In this document: positions 27,039-35,304 of the stretch, one piece after another
How positions within the stretch are numbered: the first letter of the stretch is position 1
Layout of the letters: every line of letters begins with the position of its first letter
Source: a virus
Virus record (IMG/VR): IMGVR_UViG_3300005096_000116
Coordinates: 1 to 45,650 of that record
DNA: 45,650 nucleotides
Strand: one strand, 5' to 3'
Position numbers and translations under genes: made by a program
Notes under the pieces: generated by a model
Told to the model about the DNA's origin: nothing
Databases searched by the model: none
The model's input: the letters and a program-made list of their open reading frames with translations, nothing else

Positions 27039-27288
27039 TCATTTTTAAATAATAATGCAGTGATGCTTCTTTAAGTTCACGCTCAAGATGCAACCCTACT
27101 GACCTTTTCCCACCGTTGAACGCATGTTGGATGGGGTCTTTATCAAACATAGTCTCAGAAACACCACAGTAATGCAACAAGTTTAACATGAACTTGCGAC
27201 CATTCTCTATTTTCATGATGTTTTCTATGGTTAACAGCTCTAAACCACGGGAACTATTACCTTTTTTCTGTTCTACATTGTCACTCAT
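27016..27288 (-). CDS. Small conserved head-module protein (Bbp19-like, from memory; 90 aa)
   Basis: Position between portal and scaffold; GGKRSVGLHLERELK pattern. Confidence 0.45.
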   Translation of the reverse strand: MSDNVEQKKGNSSRGLELLTIENIMKIENGRKFMLNLLHYCGVSETMFDKDPIQHAFNGGKRSVGLHLERELKEASLHYYLKMIEEDYNE

Positions 27289-28964
27289 TGTGCCCCACCT
27301 GCGTTCTCTACAGCCTTACTAAGTACATTATCCCCGTCCATATTTGTCTCCGACGCAGTTTTCGCTATATCAGCCACTTGAGCACCCTGCTCGATCATTT
27401 GCTGACGTTGTCTTGCCTGCACTTCAGCAGCAGCAGACGCTTGTGCATCAGCATCACTGTTGATAAGTGCAGGGTTGACACCCAGCGCGTTTGCATAGTC
27501 ATCGACGGACTGATTGATATTAATCTTGAAGCGTGCTTCTGGCCATATCTGAGATACACCCATCGCGTACTGAGAAATACGATCAATGGCGCCAGTGTTC
27601 ACCAGGCGCTGCGCCTGTGCCAATACTGAAACGTATTCAACATCAAGCTCACGATCCTGTAATTCTGGTGGTGGTAACGGCAGTACACCGTTGCGTTGTA
27701 AAATACTGAACGTTCTATCGATCAACGGGTTCAGTAACTCAGTATGCAGTCGCTCAAGTACCGGACCGAGCATCAGTAACTTTTCTTCATGCTTCTCAGC
27801 CACTTCGCGCGCGGTGATCTCACGACGGTCAGTGTTGGCCAGCATCAGGAATAAATCTTCATAGAATGAACGCTTAACACGGTCTTCAACATCCAGTATC
27901 TCTGCTTTGATTGCAGTGATATCAGGTCGATAATTACCGTAAATCGGTTTAAGCTCGCCAGCGTTACCTTCTGAGTGCCATATAATTTCACCTGATTTCG
28001 GCGTATTACCTTGCATCTTGTTCTTCAAAGTCGAATCACCTTGCAATGGTGGATTGACCAGTTTATCAATCGCCTGGTACTTGCGACGTTCAGCCAGTTG
28101 CAAAGCTTTAGTATCACCAAGCGAAGTGATGCCCGGACAATCTGTTGCATAGATATCTTCACCGGTGACATCCCACCGTGGTGTCATGATAGGGAATTCA
28201 TCGAAACCTGACTCACGTAGGAATTTATCAGTGCCGTTACCCACACCTTTAGTCGCTTCATAATAAACAGAGCGAACCGGTTTATCAGTTGCTTTCACAC
28301 TGGTCATGTCACGGTCATCATTCGGCTCAATAGCATGAACAATCTTCACCCATGATTCAGTGTTACCACGTTCCCACTGCTTCTTTACTGCGTCACTGAC
28401 ATTCTCAATACCAAACTGTTTAATGACCTGACCGACGCTGATCTCATATTCACGATACAGTGTGTCACTGATATCAAACCCGTTCATGCCGAGCATGTAA
28501 CTGCCAACTGTATAAGGTTTGCATCGGATTACGTTTTCAAAGTCCTGGAACACACCCATTGCAGCAGTGCCGAACACACCCAGCTCAGAGTACAGTTGGT
28601 GCAGTGAATTGTAAGTATTCGATGATGAGAACACTTTGTACATGATCGTTTGGACTTGATGCAACCACAATCTGATAGATGTTGTGTCGTCAAGCTGTGC
28701 GTCGCCGGTGGATAACCTGAACCACGGTCTTGCCGGTGACGTGATACCTGACATCATTCCGGAAGCCAGTACACGGTTCGACAACCTGCTAGTATTGTTA
28801 ATCTGCTTCGTGTTGCGTTTGTAACCTTTGTTTCGATCAGATGTCAGGAACCGACCACGATGTGCCAGGTGATAATCAGACAGCTCTCGGTACAAAGGAA
28901 TGAACGATGAACGCTCAGAGCGCAACGCTTCAAGTCGTTTGTTGAATGATTTAATTGTTGGCAT
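27285..28964 (-). CDS. Portal protein (559 aa)
   Basis: Size and position downstream of the large terminase; typical acidic C-terminus. Confidence 0.8.
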   Translation of the reverse strand: MPTIKSFNKRLEALRSERSSFIPLYRELSDYHLAHRGRFLTSDRNKGYKRNTKQINNTSRLSNRVLASGMMSGITSPARPWFRLSTGDAQLDDTTSIRLWLHQVQTIMYKVFSSSNTYNSLHQLYSELGVFGTAAMGVFQDFENVIRCKPYTVGSYMLGMNGFDISDTLYREYEISVGQVIKQFGIENVSDAVKKQWERGNTESWVKIVHAIEPNDDRDMTSVKATDKPVRSVYYEATKGVGNGTDKFLRESGFDEFPIMTPRWDVTGEDIYATDCPGITSLGDTKALQLAERRKYQAIDKLVNPPLQGDSTLKNKMQGNTPKSGEIIWHSEGNAGELKPIYGNYRPDITAIKAEILDVEDRVKRSFYEDLFLMLANTDRREITAREVAEKHEEKLLMLGPVLERLHTELLNPLIDRTFSILQRNGVLPLPPPELQDRELDVEYVSVLAQAQRLVNTGAIDRISQYAMGVSQIWPEARFKININQSVDDYANALGVNPALINSDADAQASAAAEVQARQRQQMIEQGAQVADIAKTASETNMDGDNVLSKAVENAGGAQ

Positions 28965-28965
28965 A

Positions 28966-29181
28966 CTACTGACCTAACAAAGTTTTCTGAGCAGTAGCTG
29001 CATCATCTTGAACACCACGTGCACCGGTTAGTATGGTGCTTCGACTTGATCCGCCGCCAGCGGCAGCACGACGACGTTTATCACGTGCAGCAGTATCTTC
29101 GCCTGATGTTGGTTCTGGTGCAACAGGTGCTTCAGGTACAGCGGCAGGGGGAGCAGGTGTGGAAGGTGAACTGACGCACAT
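28966..29181 (-). CDS. Small Pro/Ala-rich then basic protein (71 aa) between terminase and portal
   Basis: ORF track; C-terminal STILTGARG...KTLLGQ motif that I recall from equivalent podovirus genes. Confidence 0.5.
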   Translation of the reverse strand: MCVSSPSTPAPPAAVPEAPVAPEPTSGEDTAARDKRRRAAAGGGSSRSTILTGARGVQDDAATAQKTLLGQ

Positions 29182-29223
29182 AATAAAATCCTCAATTTAT
29201 CAGAGTCACCATAACTAATTGAA

Positions 29224-30855
29224 TCAGTTATAGTCTCCAGAGTCAAGTGATGATAACGGATTATAATCTGCATCGTCATCACTGTTACGGTGTGGCAGTG
29301 CTGCATCGAGTATTCCGCGCGGATGCTCACGTTTAGGTACATGCTGTGCGAATGTAAGATACAGTTGATCAGCCCAGTCAGGTGAAATACCCAGCCGTTT
29401 CTTCATACCATCGCCATTTTTAGTTGAACCTTTTGATTCTAATACCAGTTTATCTTTTTTGTCGTGCCAAAATTCACGTGATGTCAGTTCCATCTCAAGC
29501 TGTGGGTCGTCGTGTATTGCGCCACCGTCCATTAACCACTGACGACATCTGAAACCCATCTCAGCAGTCTTGTTTGAAAAATGTTTCTCATCAGTCGCAG
29601 TACTGCCAAAATTGATACCAATTACGTGGTAACCCAGTTGCACCAGGCGATCAACCATCGGTCCACCAATACCTGTTTCATCCAAGAATGTAACATCAGG
29701 TTTATGTCGATCCAATATCATTGTGATCTTTGATATGACAACCATGCTGTTGCGTGACTTCTCACCGGTGATCTTATACACTTTTTCAGACTTGGCATCT
29801 TTACCACGCCTGAATCCGATCATGCAGTTATCATCGCCACCGCGTGCAATATCGATACCACATATCAACGGATCATCACCAAGATAACGACCTGGACCAC
29901 GCTTCTGTGCATCAAATACAACATCAGATGGAATGAATTGAGTGTCACCTGCACGCGGGAAACGACCTAGCACACGTACTCTGAAGAAGTCAGAATTCTC
30001 ACCCCAGTCTTTGCGCCATTCTTCGATGAGCTTTTTATTCGTCATCTTTGCTGTACGACTGTCAACCTGCCTGGTAGACCACCGGTGCTTCTGTCGATTG
30101 AAACATTCCCGGAACTTACCGGTGTTTCTTGTCGGGTTACCAAAGACGAAGAACATGGGCTCACCGTCAGTCAAACCACCTTCAGCTACCTCCCATATTT
30201 TATCTGGTACAGCTGATGCTTCATCAAAGATATAGAACGGTGTTGAGTTGGCTGCGTGCAGCCCGGCGAATGCTTCTGAGTTCTCTTCACGACATGTCTG
30301 AGCATCAACACGCCACGATTCAGGCCACGACTTGTGATACAGCGACATTGAGCCACGACCATTGTTATATTCAAACCAGTGACCAATGATACAGCGTGAG
30401 CGCCATTTACCCAGCTCACCCCATGTCTTCGTGCGTAATTGATCAGATGTGTTCGCAGTAACAATACCTTTTGCATAAGGTCTGGTGGACATGATCCATA
30501 GAATAAGCCACGCAGTTTCAGCTGATTTACCGATGCCATGACCTGAAGCTGTTGCTTCACGAATAGGATCTACAGGGGTGACACCATCAAATCCACGTTC
30601 AACAACCTGTTTACCGACATCAACGAGCATTTTACGCTGCCAAACATCAGGTCCGTCGAACCCTTCAAGCTCACCATGACCCCAGTCAAAGGCCCACATA
30701 ACCCAACCTAACGGATCAGCATAAAACTCAGAACATTCATCAGCGAGAAGTAAATCAATTTGACCAGGTGAGTATTCACCACTGGATGTCATTGCTGATT
30801 TTATTGTTGCCACACGATCACCTCGGAAATTTACATTGGTCTGGATTCTGGTCAC
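29224..30855 (-). CDS. Terminase large subunit (543 aa; GTG start at 30855 is the first start after an in-frame TGA)
   Basis: Walker A-like ASGHGIGKSA, Walker B-like FYIFDEASAV, C-terminal nuclease region with ICGIDIARGGDD. Confidence 0.9.
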   Translation of the reverse strand: MTRIQTNVNFRGDRVATIKSAMTSSGEYSPGQIDLLLADECSEFYADPLGWVMWAFDWGHGELEGFDGPDVWQRKMLVDVGKQVVERGFDGVTPVDPIREATASGHGIGKSAETAWLILWIMSTRPYAKGIVTANTSDQLRTKTWGELGKWRSRCIIGHWFEYNNGRGSMSLYHKSWPESWRVDAQTCREENSEAFAGLHAANSTPFYIFDEASAVPDKIWEVAEGGLTDGEPMFFVFGNPTRNTGKFRECFNRQKHRWSTRQVDSRTAKMTNKKLIEEWRKDWGENSDFFRVRVLGRFPRAGDTQFIPSDVVFDAQKRGPGRYLGDDPLICGIDIARGGDDNCMIGFRRGKDAKSEKVYKITGEKSRNSMVVISKITMILDRHKPDVTFLDETGIGGPMVDRLVQLGYHVIGINFGSTATDEKHFSNKTAEMGFRCRQWLMDGGAIHDDPQLEMELTSREFWHDKKDKLVLESKGSTKNGDGMKKRLGISPDWADQLYLTFAQHVPKREHPRGILDAALPHRNSDDDADYNPLSSLDSGDYN

Positions 30856-31081
30856 AAATCCAGAGTCTCACTTTTAATACCATCGCGCTGGCGTGCGTAA
30901 GAAGTGCCGTCTGATCCCTAATGGTGATCAACCAAAAGTCACATTTAACTATTCTCTACCTATTCAGACCAATGTATTTTGCGAATTAGTAAAGTCCGGG
31001 GGAGGCACACGAATCAATGGTGACGGATCAATTCAAAAATGCACACCTCCCTGGACCGAGATCACACATTACCACAGTCAC
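30856..31081 (-). other. 226-bp non-coding spacer between the terS and terL genes
   Basis: All three minus-strand frames are closed (longest about 37 codons, out of frame with terL). It contains GGGAGG/CCTCCC arms (31000-31005 / 31046-31051) and two ATTGAT copies. Confidence 0.7.
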
Positions 31082-31561
31082 CTACAAAAATGAAACAACT
31101 TCTTTATTATCATCAGCTTGTTTCTCTTTACGACGTTTTCGACCACGCAGCAGTCGATCCATCACCTCTTTATCAGAGTTAACTTCAACCTTCTCAGCGG
31201 CGAACGCATCAACGAACACGTGTTTGGCCACCAGGTTGAGTGCAGTATTGCTGGCCGGCAGGTTGCCGCGCTGCCTGGCAATTAGATGATTATCCACTGC
31301 TTCCATCAACAGCCACTCTGCATCAATGTCACTGGTCTCTAACCTGGCCGCCAGCACGCGCTCAATCGCCGCAGAGATGTGTTTTTTGTTCCTGATACCG
31401 TGACCACTGTCAGGTGACCACCCTGAAGCTTCAGCAGCACGACGTGCACTGAAGTCTTTGCAATACTCGACAACGAAGTTTGCATCTCTGGGATTTAACC
31501 CGGTCAGATCTTTTAATGTGATGCGTGGTGGCATTGTTTTAACCTGGTTGTTTAATATCAT
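31082..31561 (-). CDS. Terminase small subunit (159 aa)
   Basis: FVVEYCKDFSARRAAEASGWSPDSGHGIRNKKHISAAIE matches the Terminase_2-type HTH N-terminus; basic C-terminus; upstream of terL. Confidence 0.8.
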   Translation of the reverse strand: MILNNQVKTMPPRITLKDLTGLNPRDANFVVEYCKDFSARRAAEASGWSPDSGHGIRNKKHISAAIERVLAARLETSDIDAEWLLMEAVDNHLIARQRGNLPASNTALNLVAKHVFVDAFAAEKVEVNSDKEVMDRLLRGRKRRKEKQADDNKEVVSFL

Positions 31562-31787
31562 CGATCAGTAGTTCAACGATGTTCAGTGCTTTTTCTTCAG
31601 TTATATCTTTGAATATTGATTCTGCTTTATCCCATCCAGTGTCATTATCTTTAAACGCATAAGCTATTGAACATACACTAAGTGTTTCAGGCTCAAAGTA
31701 AAACCTTACTTCTGGTCTTGATTCATCATCATTGTCAAATTTTACTAACACCTGACCAACATCAGTTTCATATAATTTTGCGAACAT
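31539..31787 (-). CDS. Hypothetical protein, first gene of the late operon (82 aa)
   Basis: ORF track; GGTGA SD 6 nt upstream of the ATG. Confidence 0.6.
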   Translation of the reverse strand: MFAKLYETDVGQVLVKFDNDDESRPEVRFYFEPETLSVCSIAYAFKDNDTGWDKAESIFKDITEEKALNIVELLIDDIKQPG

Positions 31788-32607
31788 AACATATCACCGT
31801 TGAAATCAATTAGTTATGCCGAGTGTATCACCGGTTGATAATAAACTGCAAATAAGGTGATATTCAGCACTGTTTCGCTGGAACGCTCAGAATGTTTTAG
31901 GGTCGGTCGTTTTACTGTATTAACCGACACAGTTAAATCAGTTTAAAAACATGGAACGACACAATGAAAAAAATCATAATGTGTTATAAATCACATGCTT
32001 ACTCTAAGAATCAATAACCTACCACATACGAGTTGACCACAGGTTGAGCACTCAATCCTGAGAATTGAAGAGTCTCTCATTTCACAGGTTGGGGTATTCG
32101 TTTTCACTAGTATGTCCTAAGTCATTGATTCTTATTTCACCGTCTATATGAATCAGTTACTTAGGGCATACCACTACCCATAAAGAGATACTTACGATCC
32201 TATATAAATCAATGACTTACCACATATATCTCTTTAGTATAGGTTACTTGTTCAAAGTAGGTATGTCTCATATAACTTATTGATATATAAAGAGAAAATA
32301 GAAAAAGTTAAACGACTTTCGGTCGTTTGTCCTAAGCTGTTGATTGTTAGCATAAGTCATTGATATACAAGAAGAATAAATCCGACACATAGTTTATTGG
32401 GTCGTTTGTCCTAAGTCATTGATTTTTTAGTAATATCCGACACAATGAAAATCAGTAAATTATCGTCTTGAAATGATGCAAATCGAGTCATTTTAATATT
32501 GTTAATTAAATCACATACTTACTTTAAAAATCAATAGTTTACGACACCATATGTGTCGTTTGTCATTCGGTCATATAATATTCGACACAATGAAACGTTG
32601 ATTTTAC
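31788..32607. promoter_or_regulatory. 820-bp non-coding divergent hub with at least four repeat families (candidate origin / operator array / early-late switch)
   Basis: No ORF above 20 codons. CGACAC repeats (31925, 31957, 32383, 32438, 32542, 32583; inverted at 32553). TGTCCTAAGTCATTGATT family (32113, 32328, 32351, 32407; inverted at 32150-32170 and 32205-32220). 25-nt direct repeat 32321-32345 / 32400-32424. 29-nt repeat 31988-32016 / 32508-32536. Confidence 0.8.
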
Positions 32608-32973
32608 ATGTATATTCCTTATAATTCGTCACGTAACTTTAATAAACGAGGACACACAGTGAATAAAGACAACCGACTAAATCGTGGTAAAAAAGAACGT
32701 ATCACTCAAAAAGAACTTCAAAGTCGTATGTTTTACAATCCAGTAAAAGGTACTTTCATGCGAATAAAGAATGTCAGCAACAGCCACAAAGCTGGTGAAA
32801 TCATCGGAACTAATCATCACCAGGGGCACTTAAACGTCATGATTAACAGTGAAATTTATAAACTACATCATCTCGCATGGCTATACATGACCGGCGAGTG
32901 GCCAACGAAAGCCATTAGGCACATCAACGGCGACAAAACCGACAACCGTTTCTTTAATCTGAAATATACTTGA
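32608..32973 (+). CDS. HNH endonuclease (HNH_3-type). An alternative start at GTG 32659 has a GAGGA SD.
   Basis: YKLHHLAWLYMTGEWP...IRHINGDKTDNRFFNL matches the His-Me finger pattern H..aW...G....vdHiNGd..DNR..NL. Confidence 0.75.
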   Translation: MYIPYNSSRNFNKRGHTVNKDNRLNRGKKERITQKELQSRMFYNPVKGTFMRIKNVSNSHKAGEIIGTNHHQGHLNVMINSEIYKLHHLAWLYMTGEWPTKAIRHINGDKTDNRFFNLKYT

Positions 32974-32996
32974 CAACTGTTCCACTTTGTTATACT
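32970..32996 (+). promoter_or_regulatory. Sigma70-like promoter (TTGACA, 15-nt spacer, extended -10 TGtTATACT)
   Basis: ttgacaactgttccactttgttatact read directly. It shares TTGAC..TGTTCCACT with the minus-strand promoter at 39695-39722. Confidence 0.55.
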
Positions 32997-33034
32997 TTTA
33001 ATATGTAAATTAAATAATAGCAAAGGTGAATAAA

Positions 33035-33172
33035 ATGAGCGATAGAATAGAAGAACTTAAAGAAACGGTTTTCAAACTTGAATCAGAAGGATCAGAAATG
33101 GTGTATGAAAGTTTGAAAGAACTAATATATATCATCATTAATGATATGGAAGAAAGAGACAACAATGCTTAA
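33035..33172 (+). CDS. Small acidic protein (45 aa, below the track cutoff)
   Basis: AAAGGTGAATAAA-ATG initiation region. Translated by hand: MSDRIEELKETVFKLESEGSEMVYESLKELIYIIINDMEERDNNA. Downstream of the promoter. Confidence 0.55.
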   Translation: MSDRIEELKETVFKLESEGSEMVYESLKELIYIIINDMEERDNNA

Positions 33173-33329
33173 TTTCAAAGTCTACGCCGGCAACATGTAC
33201 TGTGGCATCTTATGCGTGCTGCCTGGCTGCTCCCACAACTTCCTATCACGCAGTGACATGGTGCTTAGTAACTCTGGTATCGTTAATTATCTGAAAGGTT
33301 ACAAACATTTGAAATTGGTGAGGATCTAA
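33141..33329 (+). CDS. Hypothetical Cys-rich small protein (possible start ATG 33165 overlapping the previous stop)
   Basis: ORF track only. Confidence 0.3.
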   Translation: MIWKKETTMLNFKVYAGNMYCGILCVLPGCSHNFLSRSDMVLSNSGIVNYLKGYKHLKLVRI

Positions 33330-33516
33330 TCCATGTAGGGAAAACAACTGTCAGAGGATATAAAAATGTGAATTAAGTCGTTAGAAGCGATCAACTCAAT
33401 GAAACTGAATATAGAGAATTTATAGGGTGAAGTAAAAGAACTGCTGGTGTTGAAGCTAAGGCCCGTGTGGAGCCAGCAATTCATTTATTAACACAACAAC
33501 AAAAGGTGACACTAAA

Positions 33517-33711
33517 ATGAACAACAACATTGTAACAAATAAATTTATCGATGACCTTTGCGGAAGAGACATCCAGGTTCAAGTGTTCCTGATGAACGGT
33601 ATCAAACTGGAAGGTTCAATCGTCAGTTTCGATGACGAGAGTATCCTACTATACTCAGGCAAGACACAGCTGGTGGCGCGCCAGGTCATCTCAACATTGC
33701 AGGAGAAGTGA
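33517..33711 (+). CDS. hfq: Hfq-like Sm-fold RNA chaperone (64 aa, core only)
   Basis: FIDDLCGRDIQVQVFLMNGIKLEGSIVSFDDESILLYSGKTQLVARQVISTL aligns without gaps to E. coli Hfq [59 protein letters not shown] SD present. Confidence 0.9.
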   Translation: MNNNIVTNKFIDDLCGRDIQVQVFLMNGIKLEGSIVSFDDESILLYSGKTQLVARQVISTLQEK

Positions 33712-34028
33712 TGATGAACATAGAAATAGCTAACAAGATGATGGCTGACGCTTGTGGTGTTGAAGAAACGCACAGATACATGAATGGCAGTGGTTCAGCT
33801 ACTTTTGGGTGGCTTGATAATGGTAAATTTATACACGGTAAATGGACTATCGAAGACCCGCGATGTTGCCAGATAGTAAGAGAGAAGTTCAAAATAATAA
33901 CAACACCAACAACAGATAGTCATATGTGGTTAAGCGGTGTAAATTCTTCAAGATACAGTACCGGTAAAACCATAGCAGATACAGAAATCGCAGCAATTCT
34001 ATCTATCTGTGAGGAGCTAACAAAATGA
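33708..34028 (+). CDS. Hypothetical protein (106 aa)
   Basis: ORF track; start overlaps the hfq stop; AGGAGAA SD. Confidence 0.6.
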   Translation: MMMNIEIANKMMADACGVEETHRYMNGSGSATFGWLDNGKFIHGKWTIEDPRCCQIVREKFKIITTPTTDSHMWLSGVNSSRYSTGKTIADTEIAAILSICEELTK

Positions 34029-34213
34029 CCACCTCAAACAACACAAATATATTCGGAAACTGTGCTCATTGCGGTCAGTCACTCGATGACGGTCATAAGT
34101 GCCCAGCGGATTACGATGAGTCTGAGATCGTCCAAATACTCGATGACTGCACCGATGATAAGCGCATACACCAGCTGAACCCCTTATGGGAGAGGGTGAC
34201 TGCTAATGGTTAA
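34025..34213 (+). CDS. Hypothetical small protein with a CxxC...HKC motif (62 aa)
   Basis: ORF track; ATGA start/stop overlap. Confidence 0.5.
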   Translation: MTTSNNTNIFGNCAHCGQSLDDGHKCPADYDESEIVQILDDCTDDKRIHQLNPLWERVTANG

Positions 34214-34595
34214 GTTCATAAACATCGCAGATTTAAAAGACCCAAACGATTCTCAAAGTAGAACTTACAGGGAAGTGAACAATGGTACACCACATAAATA
34301 TGACATTGGTGATTTAATCGAGATAACTACCGGTGTAAGACTTTTCGTAGCACAACATAAACGTGACTGTGATGGTACACCACTTTACACACTCACACCT
34401 GAAATGAGAGATGAAAATGATTCACTTAAAGAAATGTGTTTTGTGTATGGTTACTCAGAAGACGATATGAATGAATCATTTAAAGTAAGAATGTTTAACA
34501 CACCAAACAATAACCCATCATGCTTCGGGAAAAAGTTAGATGTCGAAGCATGTAACAACGGTTGTCCTGTGTCAGATGAATGTTATAAACAATAA
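34206..34595 (+). CDS. Hypothetical protein (129 aa)
   Basis: ORF track; RLFVAQHKRDCDGTPLY motif and a Cys-rich C-terminus. Confidence 0.6.
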   Translation: MVKFINIADLKDPNDSQSRTYREVNNGTPHKYDIGDLIEITTGVRLFVAQHKRDCDGTPLYTLTPEMRDENDSLKEMCFVYGYSEDDMNESFKVRMFNTPNNNPSCFGKKLDVEACNNGCPVSDECYKQ

Positions 34596-34610
34596 TCAAA
34601 AGGTGAAACA

Positions 34611-34892
34611 ATGAGTGAAGCAATGAGTGAAGATGAGCTGATAAATGAAATTGACGAGCTGTGGTTTGTTGATTTCACAGGATACAGTGGGGAATCTCCG
34701 CCAAGTAAGGAATGCCGTGAAGATATAAAACAAATCATAGCCCTGATACGCAGATCAGACCGCCAGAGATTGAAGGTAGCTATTGAGTTACTACCTGTGT
34801 TAGAGGCGAGAGATCAACAAAGAGAAATTGATTGCTATCCTGCGATTGCTACCGATAAAGCCATTGATAACATACTAGGAGATATCAAATGA
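34611..34892 (+). CDS. Hypothetical protein (93 aa)
   Basis: ORF track; AAAGGTGAAACA-ATG. Confidence 0.6.
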   Translation: MSEAMSEDELINEIDELWFVDFTGYSGESPPSKECREDIKQIIALIRRSDRQRLKVAIELLPVLEARDQQREIDCYPAIATDKAIDNILGDIK

Positions 34893-35050
34893 CAAAACGT
34901 GAACTGTTACTTTTATCAATCCTGGGGACTGTTCTCAGTATCAGAATGCTGATAAACGGCGGTGAGATATTACGATTGATCGGTTGCTTTTTACTGTTTC
35001 CATCGGTGTATTTCATGGTGATTAATAGTAATGAAGATGTTAATAAATAG
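34889..35050 (+). CDS. Small membrane protein (53 aa, below the track cutoff)
   Basis: Hand translation MTKRELLLLSILGTVLSIRMLINGGEILRLIGCFLLFPSVYFMVINSNEDVNK; ATGA overlap with the upstream stop; two hydrophobic segments. Confidence 0.5.
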   Translation: MTKRELLLLSILGTVLSIRMLINGGEILRLIGCFLLFPSVYFMVINSNEDVNK

Positions 35051-35052
35051 GT

Positions 35053-35304
35053 GTGATTATGGAAAAACCAACAATACCAGAAGTGATGCCGTTAATTAAA
35101 GCATACTACGCAATTTCGGGTAACGGTGTTGGCGGGAACCTGCACATCATACTAGACGATGGGAACATCGATAATGAAGATGTTAAGTTTTGTCTTGATG
35201 AATGCAAAAAATCATGTGACTCTGAAGGTGTTATTTTATGTGGGTTACTTTTACGTATGTCAAAAACTCAGCGGCGAAAGATGTATAAGATGTCGCACAC
35301 ATGA
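35053..35304 (+). CDS. Hypothetical protein (83 aa; [12 protein letters not shown] motif)
   Basis: ORF track; likely ATG start at 35059. Confidence 0.55.
   Translation: MIMEKPTIPEVMPLIKAYYAISGNGVGGNLHIILDDGNIDNEDVKFCLDECKKSCDSEGVILCGLLLRMSKTQRRKMYKMSHT

Noticed and set aside
30893-31093. Plus-strand ORF (66 aa, GTG start) in the terS-terL spacer
   Set aside because: It is antisense to the whole late operon, has no SD and an odd composition, and overlaps the terS stop. I treat it as non-coding.
31965-32600. Mini-ORFs starting at the conserved CGACACAATGAAA elements (17, 8 and 3 codons)
   Set aside because: They are too short, differ in length, have no SD, and only the first 2 codons are conserved. 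The ATG is more likely part of a DNA or RNA motif.
31788-32607. Repeat-dense non-coding region considered as a CRISPR array
   Set aside because: The repeats are of several families, occur in both orientations, are irregularly spaced and imperfect. There is no repeat-spacer periodicity and no cas genes.
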